The notes: generated by a model from the sequence alone, not told the origin. Counted from the stretch's first letter, positions 28,880 to 36,582 are shown. The stretch is 64,000 nt of DNA from an uncultured Candidatus Saccharibacteria bacterium (GCA_964512925.1 CAZEKH010000001.1:39445-103444), one strand, 5' to 3'. Made by a program: numbers and translations.

Positions 28880-28903
28880 CCCTCTCTTTGAAAAAGAGAG
28901 GGG
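28880..28903 (+). promoter_or_regulatory. Family-A hairpin CCCTCTCTTTGAAAAAGAGAGGG in the leader of the RNHCP gene
   Basis: The 3' arm GAGAGGGGG ends 7 nt before the ATG at 28910. Confidence 0.5.
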
Positions 28904-28909
28904 GTTAAT

Positions 28910-29221
28910 ATGACATTCACTAAAAAAACTGAAAATTTCACTTGTAAACACTGCGGACACAAAGTAAAAGGCAACGGCTTTACTAACCATTGTCCAAAAT
29001 GTTTGTATTCCCGCCACGTGGATGTTTGGCCCGGGGATAGGAAAGAAGAATGTGGGGGACTGATGGAGCCTGTGGGGATGGAGCTAAAAAACGAAAAATA
29101 TATTTTAACTCACAGGTGCCTGGTTTGCGGCAAAGAAACCCACTGCAAAGCCAGCAACAATGACAGCATTGACGCCCTGACAAAGCTCTCAGAGAAGCTT
29201 GTCAAAAAAACATTTTTTTGA
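28910..29221 (+). CDS. RNHCP-domain zinc-ribbon protein
   Basis: FTCKHCGHKV...GFTNHCPKCLYSRHVD...CLVCGKETHC. The RNHCP motif is present as TNHCP. Confidence 0.55.
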   Translation: MTFTKKTENFTCKHCGHKVKGNGFTNHCPKCLYSRHVDVWPGDRKEECGGLMEPVGMELKNEKYILTHRCLVCGKETHCKASNNDSIDALTKLSEKLVKKTFF

Positions 29222-29282
29222 TATATTATGCATTAGTCCCTATATAAATTCGTGTGAATAAATCACGAAGAATACTTCATAA

Positions 29283-29339
29283 GGGCGATTAGCTCAGCTG
29301 GTTAGAGCGTCCCGATGCACATCGGGAAGGCCAAAGGTT
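29283..29339 (+). pseudogene. 5' tRNA fragment: first 27 nt identical to tRNA-Val, Cys-type anticodon arm (GCA), truncated in the T-stem
   Basis: GGGCGATTAGCTCAGCTGGTTAGAGCG-TCCCGATGCACATCGGGA-AGGCCAAAGGTT, then TATATATG (no T-loop or acceptor 3' strand). Confidence 0.5.
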
Positions 29340-29344
29340 TATAT

Positions 29345-29617
29345 ATGTTTTACGTATATATATTACAAAGCTTAAAAAATAACCGCTATTATATCGGATC
29401 AACTAATAATGCAGAAAGGAGATTAGCTGAACACAACGCTGGAATAAACATTTCTACAAAACCATACAGACCGTGGAAGATAGTTTTTTGTCAGTCTTTC
29501 GAAAGTAAAGATACAGCCCATAAAGCTGAATTAAAGTTAAAAAAATATAAAAGCAAATTAATTTTAGAACAAGTAATTAGGGATAAATATATAAGGGCGA
29601 TTAGCTCAGCTGGTTAG
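29345..29617 (+). CDS. GIY-YIG nuclease family protein (YhbQ/UPF0213-like)
   Basis: MFYVYILQSLKNNRYYIGSTNNAERRLAEHNAG is a canonical GIY-YIG core. AAAGG RBS. The 3' end with its stop codon lies inside the first 25 nt of tRNA-Val. The track ORF starts at 29315, within the tRNA fragment. Confidence 0.75.
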   Translation: MFYVYILQSLKNNRYYIGSTNNAERRLAEHNAGINISTKPYRPWKIVFCQSFESKDTAHKAELKLKKYKSKLILEQVIRDKYIRAISSAG

Positions 29618-29671
29618 AGCGACTCGTTTACACCGAGTAGGCCAAAGGTTCGAATCCTTTATCGCCCACCA
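29595..29671 (+). tRNA. tRNA-Val (anticodon TAC)
   Basis: GGGCGATTAGCTCAGCTGGTTAGAGCGACTCGTTTACACCGAGTAGGCCAAAGGTTCGAATCCTTTATCGCCCACCA. Confidence 0.85.
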
Positions 29672-29718
29672 CGCTTAGCGTGGTGAATGGTACGCTCAGC
29701 GTACCCACCATATACCAC
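29669..29718 (+). repeat. Conserved tRNA 3' trailer with two hairpins (CACCACGC-TTA-GCGTGGTG; GGTACGC-TCA-GCGTACC)
   Basis: A near-identical approximately 50-nt copy sits in opposite orientation 3' of tRNA-Ile at 40105-40154. The first hairpin incorporates the tRNA ACCA end. Confidence 0.6.
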
Positions 29719-29828
29719 TCGATGACTCTGGTATATGGCACAGCCAATAAAAGTAGAAAGTGGTAAAGTTATCAAGTTTTTCCTTTCAACATTACGAACT
29801 TGATAAACTTTAAACTAAAATGTTATGC

Positions 29829-29903
29829 GCCTCGGTAGCTCAGTGGTAGAGCAGACGCCTGAAGAGCGTCGTGTCGTCAGTTCGATTCTGACCCGAGGCA
29901 CCA
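29829..29903 (+). tRNA. tRNA-Phe (anticodon GAA)
   Basis: GCCTCGGTAGCTCAGTGGTAGAGCAGACGCCTGAAGAGCGTCGTGTCGTCAGTTCGATTCTGACCCGAGGCACCA. Confidence 0.85.
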
Positions 29904-29946
29904 GACATATTGAATATTTTATAGTTTTTGATAAACTATAAAATAC

Positions 29947-30020
29947 GCGGCTATGGTTCAATGGTAGAACAATACCTTGCCAAGGTATGGACAGGGGTTC
30001 GATTCCCCTTAGCCGCTCCA
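29947..30020 (+). tRNA. tRNA-Gly (anticodon GCC)
   Basis: GCGGCTATGGTTCAATGGTAGAACAATACCTTGCCAAGGTATGGACAGGGGTTCGATTCCCCTTAGCCGCTCCA. Confidence 0.85.
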
Positions 30021-30355
30021 AAGAAAAATGCTTCACCCCTATGGTGGAGCTTTTTTCTTTGGTAAGGATATAGGAGAACCGTAAGTTCAACCACGCCCAC
30101 AATAGCCTATAAAAAACAACTACAAGTTATAAATAATGGGTCATGTCCCCATTGTCCCACCTGGTGGATAGTTTTGTTTCTAATCCCACTAGTAAATATT
30201 GTAGTTGCGGTAATGGTCTGGATGGCTTTGGCAGAAAGAATGCACAAACCTTCCTGGTTAGGAATTTTGATCATAATTCCGATCATAAACATAGCCATAC
30301 CAGGTTACCTGGCTTTTTCTGAACAAACAACCACACCTATAAATTAAAGTCATAT

Positions 30356-30380
30356 AAAACCCCTATTTTATAGGGGTTTT
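30356..30380 (+). terminator. Perfect hairpin terminator AAAACCCCTAT-TTTA-ATAGGGGTTTT
   Basis: Follows a possible small membrane-protein ORF (about 30178-30351) not in the ORF track. Confidence 0.55.
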
Positions 30381-30710
30381 ATATTGTATTACAGAAAAAA
30401 CTGCATTTGACACCTATTTTTATTGGCTTTTTTTATGCTGTTTTTTTTCTAGCTTAAATAAAAGACTTTTTTAATCATTTTTTAAGCTGTTATTTTGCCG
30501 GAAAAAAGCTTTTCTCTCATATATAAAGCAAAAAGAGTCATTTTAGTCTTGATTTTTTACCTCAAAATAGGGTATAATATCTTTACAGTGCTGTGAAAGC
30601 GCTTTTTTATTTGCCTTTGCAAAGCACTGGACTTTCGCATCTAGCGAAACGATTGCGTTCTTAATCGAACGGTCAGCAATCGTTCTTTAATACCTATATC
30701 AGAAAGGAGT

Positions 30711-31451
30711 TTGATTCTAAGAATGAAAGCTCTTTTTGCCATCAGGTCTGTCCTGGCTAAAATTGATTTAGTCAGCGCAATTGCCCTGCTGATAGTTGTT
30801 CCGACCATTTACCCGGAACTGGCTTTCGCAGCTGAATTGTCAAAGACCGCTCAGGCTGAAACCGCCATAATTTTTGAAATCAAAAACCCCTCAGTTCTTT
30901 TACAAAAAAAGCCAACATCAAATTCCCCGATAGAACAGATTGCGGAAACTGTTGAACTTGCAAGCATTGAAGATATACAAAATTCAGATCCGTTAGTTGT
31001 AAAACTAACCGATTATTTAAACAAACATAATTCCCCGCTTGCAGAATACGCGCCGGAAATCGTCAAACAACCCCAATGGCAGAGATCTCTAGCTATTTCC
31101 TGGGTTGAGAGCAATTTCGGCAAACGTTGTTATACCAACAACTGTAGCGGCATCGGCGTAGCTCCCGGTCATCCTTTATGGAGATCTTACGCGACTAAAT
31201 TGGACTGGTTTAAAGATATGTGCCAGCTGATGGAAAAACCGATGTACAAAGTAAAATACACCACCTTTGAACAAATGCGCGGCATTTATGTTTACCCTGG
31301 AAGCAGCTCTTGGGTAAACGGAGCAAAGAAGAAGTATGCTGAGCTGATGGAAATAACTACTCAGGCTGAACAAGAAAAGCTTGCGGCTGTTGAAGTTAAA
31401 ACCCACAACGACAATCTGCACACCTTTCCGGAGCTGGCTATAGCCAGATAA
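30711..31451 (+). CDS. Hypothetical secreted protein (signal peptide, Cys-containing C-terminal domain)
   Basis: N-terminal hydrophobic signal-like segment LAKIDLVSAIALLIVVPTIYPELAFA. No confident family. True start may be the internal ATG (MKALFAI). Confidence 0.45.
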   Translation: MILRMKALFAIRSVLAKIDLVSAIALLIVVPTIYPELAFAAELSKTAQAETAIIFEIKNPSVLLQKKPTSNSPIEQIAETVELASIEDIQNSDPLVVKLTDYLNKHNSPLAEYAPEIVKQPQWQRSLAISWVESNFGKRCYTNNCSGIGVAPGHPLWRSYATKLDWFKDMCQLMEKPMYKVKYTTFEQMRGIYVYPGSSSWVNGAKKKYAELMEITTQAEQEKLAAVEVKTHNDNLHTFPELAIAR

Positions 31452-31457
31452 AACTTT

Positions 31458-31481
31458 AAACCCCCGCCAAAGCGGGGGTTT
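31458..31481 (+). terminator. Terminator AAACCCCCGCC-AA-AGCGGGGGTTT
   Basis: Perfect 10-bp GC stem right after the stop codon. Confidence 0.6.
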
Positions 31482-31526
31482 AAAGTTGCCAAACACCGAA
31501 ATTTTGTTTAAAATTATATGGTTATT

Positions 31527-31601
31527 GGCGCGATGGTGAAGCAGTAACACTGCGGTCTGCAAAACCGCCACGCGTGGGTGCAAATCCCACTCGCGCCTCC
31601 A
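31527..31601 (+). tRNA. tRNA-Cys (anticodon GCA)
   Basis: GGCGCGATGGTGAAGCAGTAACACTGCGGTCTGCAAAACCGCCACGCGTGGGTGCAAATCCCACTCGCGCCTCCA. Discriminator U73. Confidence 0.85.
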
Positions 31602-31628
31602 ATAAATAAGAGTCTCAACGAGGTTTAA

Positions 31629-31732
31629 GGTCTGTCATCCCTTCGGGAGATCCCCCGTAAGGGGGACAAAACCGCCACGCGTGGGTGCCATCCCTCCGGG
31701 AGATGTAAACACAAATCCCACTCGCGCCTCCA
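31629..31732 (+). pseudogene. Partial tRNA-Cys 3' duplicate interrupted by two family-B-related hairpin insertions
   Basis: GGTCTG [TCATCCCTTCGGGAGATCCCCCGTAAGGGGGAC] AAAACCGCCACGCGTGGGTGC [CATCCCTCCGGGAGATGTAAACAC] AAATCCCACTCGCGCCTCCA. Outside the brackets it is identical to nt 33-75 of the intact tRNA-Cys. Confidence 0.55.
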
Positions 31733-31807
31733 CTGCTTCGTCCGCCTAGGGCGGACTACGCAGTGCAAGCAAAAAAATCTTTAACATTATAAAAACATTA
31801 CATACCT

Positions 31808-31894
31808 GCCCGGGTGGCGGAACTGGCATACGCTACTGACTTAAGATCAGTCGCCCTTACGGGATTGAGGGTTCAACTCCCTCCCCGGGCACCA
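31808..31894 (+). tRNA. tRNA-Leu (anticodon TAA)
   Basis: GCCCGGGTGGCGGAACTGGCATACGCTACTGACTTAAGATCAGT + long variable arm + GAGGGTTCAACTCCCTCCCCGGGCACCA. Confidence 0.85.
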
Positions 31895-32164
31895 TTTAGT
31901 TATCAACATTTGACAGGGAAATTATTGGGTGGTAAATTATTTTTACTGATTAAATTTTTGAATTGAAACAAAGTCACAGATTTTCAATTTCTTACAATTC
32001 TAAAAAGTCAACCCAATGGCTTAGTTTGTTGTAAACGGATTCAGATTTGAATTACGTTTTTTTTATTACCTAAAGCCTTGACAAAAATATAAAAAAATAG
32101 TATAGTATGCGGTTACAACTTTTTTAAGCATATTACTTTAATTCTTCAACTTTTGTTGTAAACT

Positions 32165-33550
32165 ATGACAACCAAATCCGCTTCCAAACATAAAAACGGT
32201 TTTAAAAAATTCTGGCGCCTTGGACTGGAAGACTTTAACACAGGCAATTTTACCATTGGCCCGGATGGGGAACTGATTGTAAGGGAAGGCAACTTCCAAT
32301 ACAACATTTTTGATATTGTAAAAAAATACGGCACATCCACGGAAATTGTGTTTCCTACCATCATAGAAAACCGTGTGAGGGATTTGATTGAAACGTTCAA
32401 TGCTTATATCAAAGTTTTAAGCTACAAAGGAAAGTTTTTTTACCACTACGCGATGAAAGTCAACCAGAACAAGGAGTTTGTTCTGCCGGCCGTGGCAGAG
32501 GGGGCAAATCTGGATGTGGCTTCAGCCAATGAATTGTATTTGGTAAAAAAAATGATTGAGCAGGACAAGTTTAACGCTAAAATCCGCGTCATTTGCAACG
32601 GACCCAAAACTCCCAAATATATGGAGCTGATTGAAGAACTAAAAAGCAAAGGACTGATAGTAATCCCAATCATAGAAGACCACGTGGAGCTGGAACGGAT
32701 GCTTAAGTTTAAAGGCGAAGTCGGCATACGAGTTAACTTAAATGTCAAAGTAGACAGTCATTGGGACAAACGCTATAACCGCTACGGTTTTACCGAGTCA
32801 GAACTTTTGTCTTTGGGAAAAATCCGAAATCTGTCCGTCCTGCATTACCACATCTCCAGCCAAATAGAAAAAACCGAAGGCTTTGTTGCTCCTTTAAAAC
32901 GAGCTTTAGACCTGTACGCCAAACTCAGAGAAAAAAATCCGGGGCTTGATACTTTAGACTTAGGCGGGGGAGCGGCGGTGCCTTATGAAAAAAAGAAGCC
33001 GATATATTCGGGAAAAAATTTAATTCAAAACATAGTTAAAACCGCCAAAAACCACTGCGACAAACTTGGAGTAAAACATCCTGATCTGATAGTGGAATGG
33101 GGCAGATACGTGGCAGCCCCGGCCCAGATCACCATCTATAAAATTTTGGCGGAAAAAACCGTAGACAACAAAGGCAAAAACAAATGGTATGTCATAGACG
33201 GGAGTTTTATGAACGACCTGATAGACACTTGGGCGATCCACCAAAAATGGCACGTTACTCCAGTAAACTATATGAATGCCAAAAAGCTGGAAAAAGTCTG
33301 GCTGGCCGGCTCCTCCTGCGACTCTGACGACAAATACACTGCCGGCGGCAGCTATATCCTTTTACCCAAGCTCTCAGACTGCGACGAACTCTATATCGCG
33401 CTTTACGACACAGGCGCATACCAGGATTCCCTGGCTTCCCACCACTGCCTGCTCTCGAGCCCAGCAAAACTCATAGCGCAAAATGGAGAAATCAAAGTAG
33501 CCAGAAGAAGAGAGCAACCGGAAGAAGTTGGCAAACAATTTGGTTGGTGA
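32165..33550 (+). CDS. PLP-dependent decarboxylase, Orn/DAP/Arg decarboxylase family 2 (SpeA-like arginine decarboxylase)
   Basis: The N-terminal YNIFDIVKKYGTSTEIVFPTIIENRVRDL resembles SpeA. The PLP lysine lies in the context HYAMKVNQN. GGGAAVPY glycine-rich loop. Confidence 0.7.
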   Translation: MTTKSASKHKNGFKKFWRLGLEDFNTGNFTIGPDGELIVREGNFQYNIFDIVKKYGTSTEIVFPTIIENRVRDLIETFNAYIKVLSYKGKFFYHYAMKVNQNKEFVLPAVAEGANLDVASANELYLVKKMIEQDKFNAKIRVICNGPKTPKYMELIEELKSKGLIVIPIIEDHVELERMLKFKGEVGIRVNLNVKVDSHWDKRYNRYGFTESELLSLGKIRNLSVLHYHISSQIEKTEGFVAPLKRALDLYAKLREKNPGLDTLDLGGGAAVPYEKKKPIYSGKNLIQNIVKTAKNHCDKLGVKHPDLIVEWGRYVAAPAQITIYKILAEKTVDNKGKNKWYVIDGSFMNDLIDTWAIHQKWHVTPVNYMNAKKLEKVWLAGSSCDSDDKYTAGGSYILLPKLSDCDELYIALYDTGAYQDSLASHHCLLSSPAKLIAQNGEIKVARRREQPEEVGKQFGW

Positions 33551-33696
33551 TTGACATTGAACAAAAGAGCTTGTATCTACAAGCTCTTTTTATTTTTTTC
33601 AAAACAAATCAACCCTAAAAACCTCATTTTGTCCATTTTATGGTATAATACTTATGGAAGCGTAAATTGCTAAAATAAAAACTTCCAAAAAGAAAG

Positions 33697-33933
33697 GTGG
33701 TGAGTTTCTTGAAAATTCTTCACACTGTCACTTTTATCCTCGTTGTCGTCGGCGCCCTTAACTGGGGACTGGTCGGCGCGTTTGATTTCAATTTGGTGGC
33801 TAAAATCCTAGGCACAGGTATGGCCGCCAATGTAGTTTATATTTTAGTCGGCCTGGCTGCTGTATATGAGGTTGCCACCCATAAATCCAGCTGCAAAGCT
33901 TGCGATTCCGGAATGGCTAAGCCTACAATGTAA
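33697..33933 (+). CDS. DUF378 small membrane protein
   Basis: VGALNWGLVGAFDFNLVAKILG matches the DUF378 signature. Confidence 0.7.
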   Translation: MVSFLKILHTVTFILVVVGALNWGLVGAFDFNLVAKILGTGMAANVVYILVGLAAVYEVATHKSSCKACDSGMAKPTM

Positions 33934-33952
33934 ACTGGTTGTGCACAAATTT

Positions 33953-33986
33953 AAACCCCGCCCTTTCTTAAGAAAAGGCGGGGTTT
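33953..33986. terminator. Bidirectional terminator AAACCCCGCCCTTTC-TTAAG-AAAAGGCGGGGTTT
   Basis: Lies between convergent DUF378 and rpsA. Confidence 0.6.
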
Positions 33987-34006
33987 GTAATTCACAGTTT
34001 GAAGAT

Positions 34007-35215
34007 TTATTTTGCTTCTTCAACTTCAGTCTTCTCTTCAGATTTTTCTTCTTTTTTTGGAGCCTCGGTCATCGCTTTAAGTGAAAGACCCAAACGGTGT
34101 TCTGAAGGTTCTATAGATATAATTTTAAATTCTTTTTCTTCGCCGATTTTTACAACCTCTTCAGCGTTCTTAATCGAGGAATGGGACAGTTCCATAGTAT
34201 GGCAAAGCCCTTGAATGTCTTTGTCCAGTTCTACAAAAACGCCATACGGCATAATTTTAGAAATTTTTCCTGAAACTGACTGACCGATTTGATATTTTTT
34301 TACAGCAGAAAGCCACGGATCGTCCTGCAACTGCTTGATAGACAAAGACACGCGTCCTTTGTCTATGGAAATAACTTTGGCCTTTACCTTGTCGCCAACT
34401 TTCAAGATATCTTTCGGATTTTCTATGCGCTGCCAAGCCAGCTCGGAAATATGCACCAAACCTTCCAGCTCGCCAAACTTCACAAAAGCGCCGAAATCAA
34501 CCACCCCGGTAACATTGCCATCCACAACCTGGCCGATTTTCAAAGTGGAAAGCTTATTTTCCATTTCTTTTTCAAACACAGCCTTTTCTGACACAATCAG
34601 CTTTTCTTCCTCGCTGTCTGCGGTGATAACCTGAACGTCAAACAGCTGGCCGATAAAGCTTCTTAAAATCTCTAAAATTCTGGACTTGTCGCCATCTTCC
34701 ACGCGAGGATAGTGTTCCAAAGACAGCTGGGAAACAGGCAAGAAGCCTGTTACGCCGTTGACTTCCACCATCAGCCCGCCTTTGTTGGCATCCAAAATTT
34801 TGGTGCGCAAAACTTCCTTTTTATCCATTTTATCCCGCAAAGTCTGCCAAACTCTTTCCTGACCGGCCTGGCGCATAGACAACTCCACTATGCCGTCTTT
34901 GTTTTCCGACTCCACAACTGAAACAAATACGCTGTCGCCGGCTTTAAGGTTTGCCAGAGTGGTCTGGTCGTCATACAGCTCGCGGCCTCTGACTACACCA
35001 ATGCCGTAGCCTTCTAAATCTACATACACTTCATTTTTACCAACAGAGATTAGTTTGCCTTCCACCATATCTCCTGGCTTTAAAACTTTTATATCAATAC
35101 CTGCAGAAACCAAATCCTGCATCGTTTGCGCAGACTTGGCTTTTTCCGGAAAAGTGGCCGGCTGAATTGTGGTGGCTACTACTGGTTGGGCTGGGGTTTG
35201 AATATTGTCTTCCAT
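34007..35215 (-). CDS. rpsA: 30S ribosomal protein S1
   Basis: Four tandem S1 domains (GDMVEGKLISVGKNEVYVDLEG..., GDSVFVSVVESEN..., GQVVDGNVTGVVDFGAFVKF..., GQSVSGKISKIMPYGVFVEL). Start chosen at the ATG (MEDNIQ). The ORF track extends to a TTG at 35248. Confidence 0.85.
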   Translation of the reverse strand: MEDNIQTPAQPVVATTIQPATFPEKAKSAQTMQDLVSAGIDIKVLKPGDMVEGKLISVGKNEVYVDLEGYGIGVVRGRELYDDQTTLANLKAGDSVFVSVVESENKDGIVELSMRQAGQERVWQTLRDKMDKKEVLRTKILDANKGGLMVEVNGVTGFLPVSQLSLEHYPRVEDGDKSRILEILRSFIGQLFDVQVITADSEEEKLIVSEKAVFEKEMENKLSTLKIGQVVDGNVTGVVDFGAFVKFGELEGLVHISELAWQRIENPKDILKVGDKVKAKVISIDKGRVSLSIKQLQDDPWLSAVKKYQIGQSVSGKISKIMPYGVFVELDKDIQGLCHTMELSHSSIKNAEEVVKIGEEKEFKIISIEPSEHRLGLSLKAMTEAPKKEEKSEEKTEVEEAK

Positions 35216-35256
35216 AAAATAATTTAATTCTACAAAATACTTTAACAATTTGATTT

Positions 35257-35318
35257 TGTCATCCCGGCCTTGCTTGCCCGCCGTAGCCTTGGCGAAGGTG
35301 GAAGCCGGGATCCGGGGT
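35257..35318. repeat. Family-B element (TGTCATCCCGGCC ... GGAAGCCGGGATCCGGGG) in the rpsA 5' leader
   Basis: Shares the GTCATCCCGG / CCGGGATCC arms with 21351-21507. Confidence 0.5.
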
Positions 35319-35580
35319 AAATAAAAACAACGAATAATTTAATTATCGTTGAATGTTAGTTAAAATCTTTTGCATTGGGGTTAATGATTAAAAGCGCCTG
35401 TCTTTAGCTTATTTGTGGTTAATTGTTAAAAAGTTATTATCTCGGCGCTAGTTCAAATAAGCCTATATATTATACTTAATTTTTATAAAAATGCAAGCCC
35501 CAAAACCCCTTTCTTTTTTCCCTAAAAAGCCTTATAATTACTACAGAACTTTTATAAATTTAGCTACCGATAACTACTGA

Positions 35581-35598
35581 TTCTGTAGGCATCTGTAG
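35581..35598. repeat. Family-D repeat TTCTGTAGGCATCTGTAG (second copy at 40970-40987), with upstream inverted partner CTACAGAAC at 35541
   Basis: 17 of 18 nt identical between the two copies. Confidence 0.4.
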
Positions 35599-35626
35599 TG
35601 TACTTTTAAGCTAATTTCTCGTAGTT

Positions 35627-36253
35627 ATGCAAATACAATATTTCGGACTGTCTTCGTTTAAAATCACCACAAAAGAAGCAACCATCATCACTGATCCTTT
35701 TCATAAAGACTCAGGCCTTACTCCTCCCAGGGGAGCCGCAGACATCCTAATGCTGTCTGAAAAAAACAGTAAAAAATACTCCGCTGTTTCTGGCGTATCT
35801 GGCGAGCCTTTTTTAGTTTCAGATCCAGGCGAATACGATATAAAAGGAGTGTCCATTGCCGGCATCCCGCTCAAACAAGAAAACGGTTATGTAACTGTCT
35901 TTCTTATAGAGAGCGAAGACATCCGCATTTTAAATCTTACGCATATCAAAGACTGGAACATCAAAGAAGACGAACTGGAAAGTTTGGGGGAGATAGACAT
36001 CCTTTTGTTGCCAGTCGGGGGCAATACGGTTTTTTCCGCGTCCCAGGCTGCCAAAGTAGTAAATGAAATAGAACCAAAGATAGTGATCCCATCAGAATAC
36101 AAAATGCCAGATTTGATATTTGATTTGGACGGAGTGGAAAAATTTGTAAAAGAAATGGGCGGCAAAAAAGAAGAAATGGAAAAGCTGACTGTGAAAAAGA
36201 AAGAGCTGACCGAAGAAGGAACCAAATTAGTAATACTCAGCCCACTAAGATAA
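35627..36253 (+). CDS. MBL-fold (UPF0173-like) protein with degenerate metal-binding motif
   Basis: MQIQYFGLSSFKITTKEATIITDPF has the UPF0173/beta-lactamase-fold layout. The expected HxHxDH is replaced by LSEKNS. Confidence 0.45.
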   Translation: MQIQYFGLSSFKITTKEATIITDPFHKDSGLTPPRGAADILMLSEKNSKKYSAVSGVSGEPFLVSDPGEYDIKGVSIAGIPLKQENGYVTVFLIESEDIRILNLTHIKDWNIKEDELESLGEIDILLLPVGGNTVFSASQAAKVVNEIEPKIVIPSEYKMPDLIFDLDGVEKFVKEMGGKKEEMEKLTVKKKELTEEGTKLVILSPLR

Positions 36254-36273
36254 ACTGGCTGTAAATTTCTAAT

Positions 36274-36290
36274 TTCCGCCAGCTGGCGGA
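36274..36290. terminator. Family-C perfect palindrome TTCCGCCAGCTGGCGGA
   Basis: 16-bp palindrome 20 nt after the stop codon of the MBL-like gene. Confidence 0.4.
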
Positions 36291-36365
36291 CTAATTGACC
36301 TAATTTATAACCAAAAACGATATTCGTATCATTCGCGTGAATTCGTATATTAGTGTCGCTACCAA

Positions 36366-36569
36366 ATGTCTTTTTTATCCAAAATCCAAAACTCTTCCCG
36401 CAGCGCCAAGGTCCGATTTATTGTTATGGTAATAGTTATCGTCGCGATTCTGCTTACTGTCCTCTGGATATTTACTTCCCGCATCGGCAAAACCGGCCCC
36501 AAAGAAACCGGCATCTTCCAAACCCTGGGCAGGGGAGTAAAAGATGTGCAAGATAATTATAAAAAATAG
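36366..36569 (+). CDS. Small membrane protein (hypothetical)
   Basis: 67 aa, single TM (FIVMVIVIVAILLTVLWIF). Confidence 0.3.
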   Translation: MSFLSKIQNSSRSAKVRFIVMVIVIVAILLTVLWIFTSRIGKTGPKETGIFQTLGRGVKDVQDNYKK

Positions 36570-36582
36570 ATATTTAAAATAA

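Noticed and set aside
28450-28974. ORFs 28450-28848 (plus) and 28744-28974 (minus) spanning the pyrE end and the palindrome-rich spacer
   Set aside because: They read through terminator and palindromic elements. No RBS. Translations dominated by Pro/Gly/Arg from GC-rich hairpin DNA.
29283-29671. Group I intron with homing endonuclease inside a tRNA
   Set aside because: The downstream tRNA-Val is complete and contiguous. The upstream piece has its own complete anticodon arm. No intron-like P1-P9 structure lies between split exons.
29815-30102. ORF 29815-30102 (minus)
   Set aside because: It spans tRNA-Phe and tRNA-Gly on the opposite strand.
31176-31583. ORF 31176-31583 (minus)
   Set aside because: It is antisense to the secreted-protein gene and overlaps tRNA-Cys.
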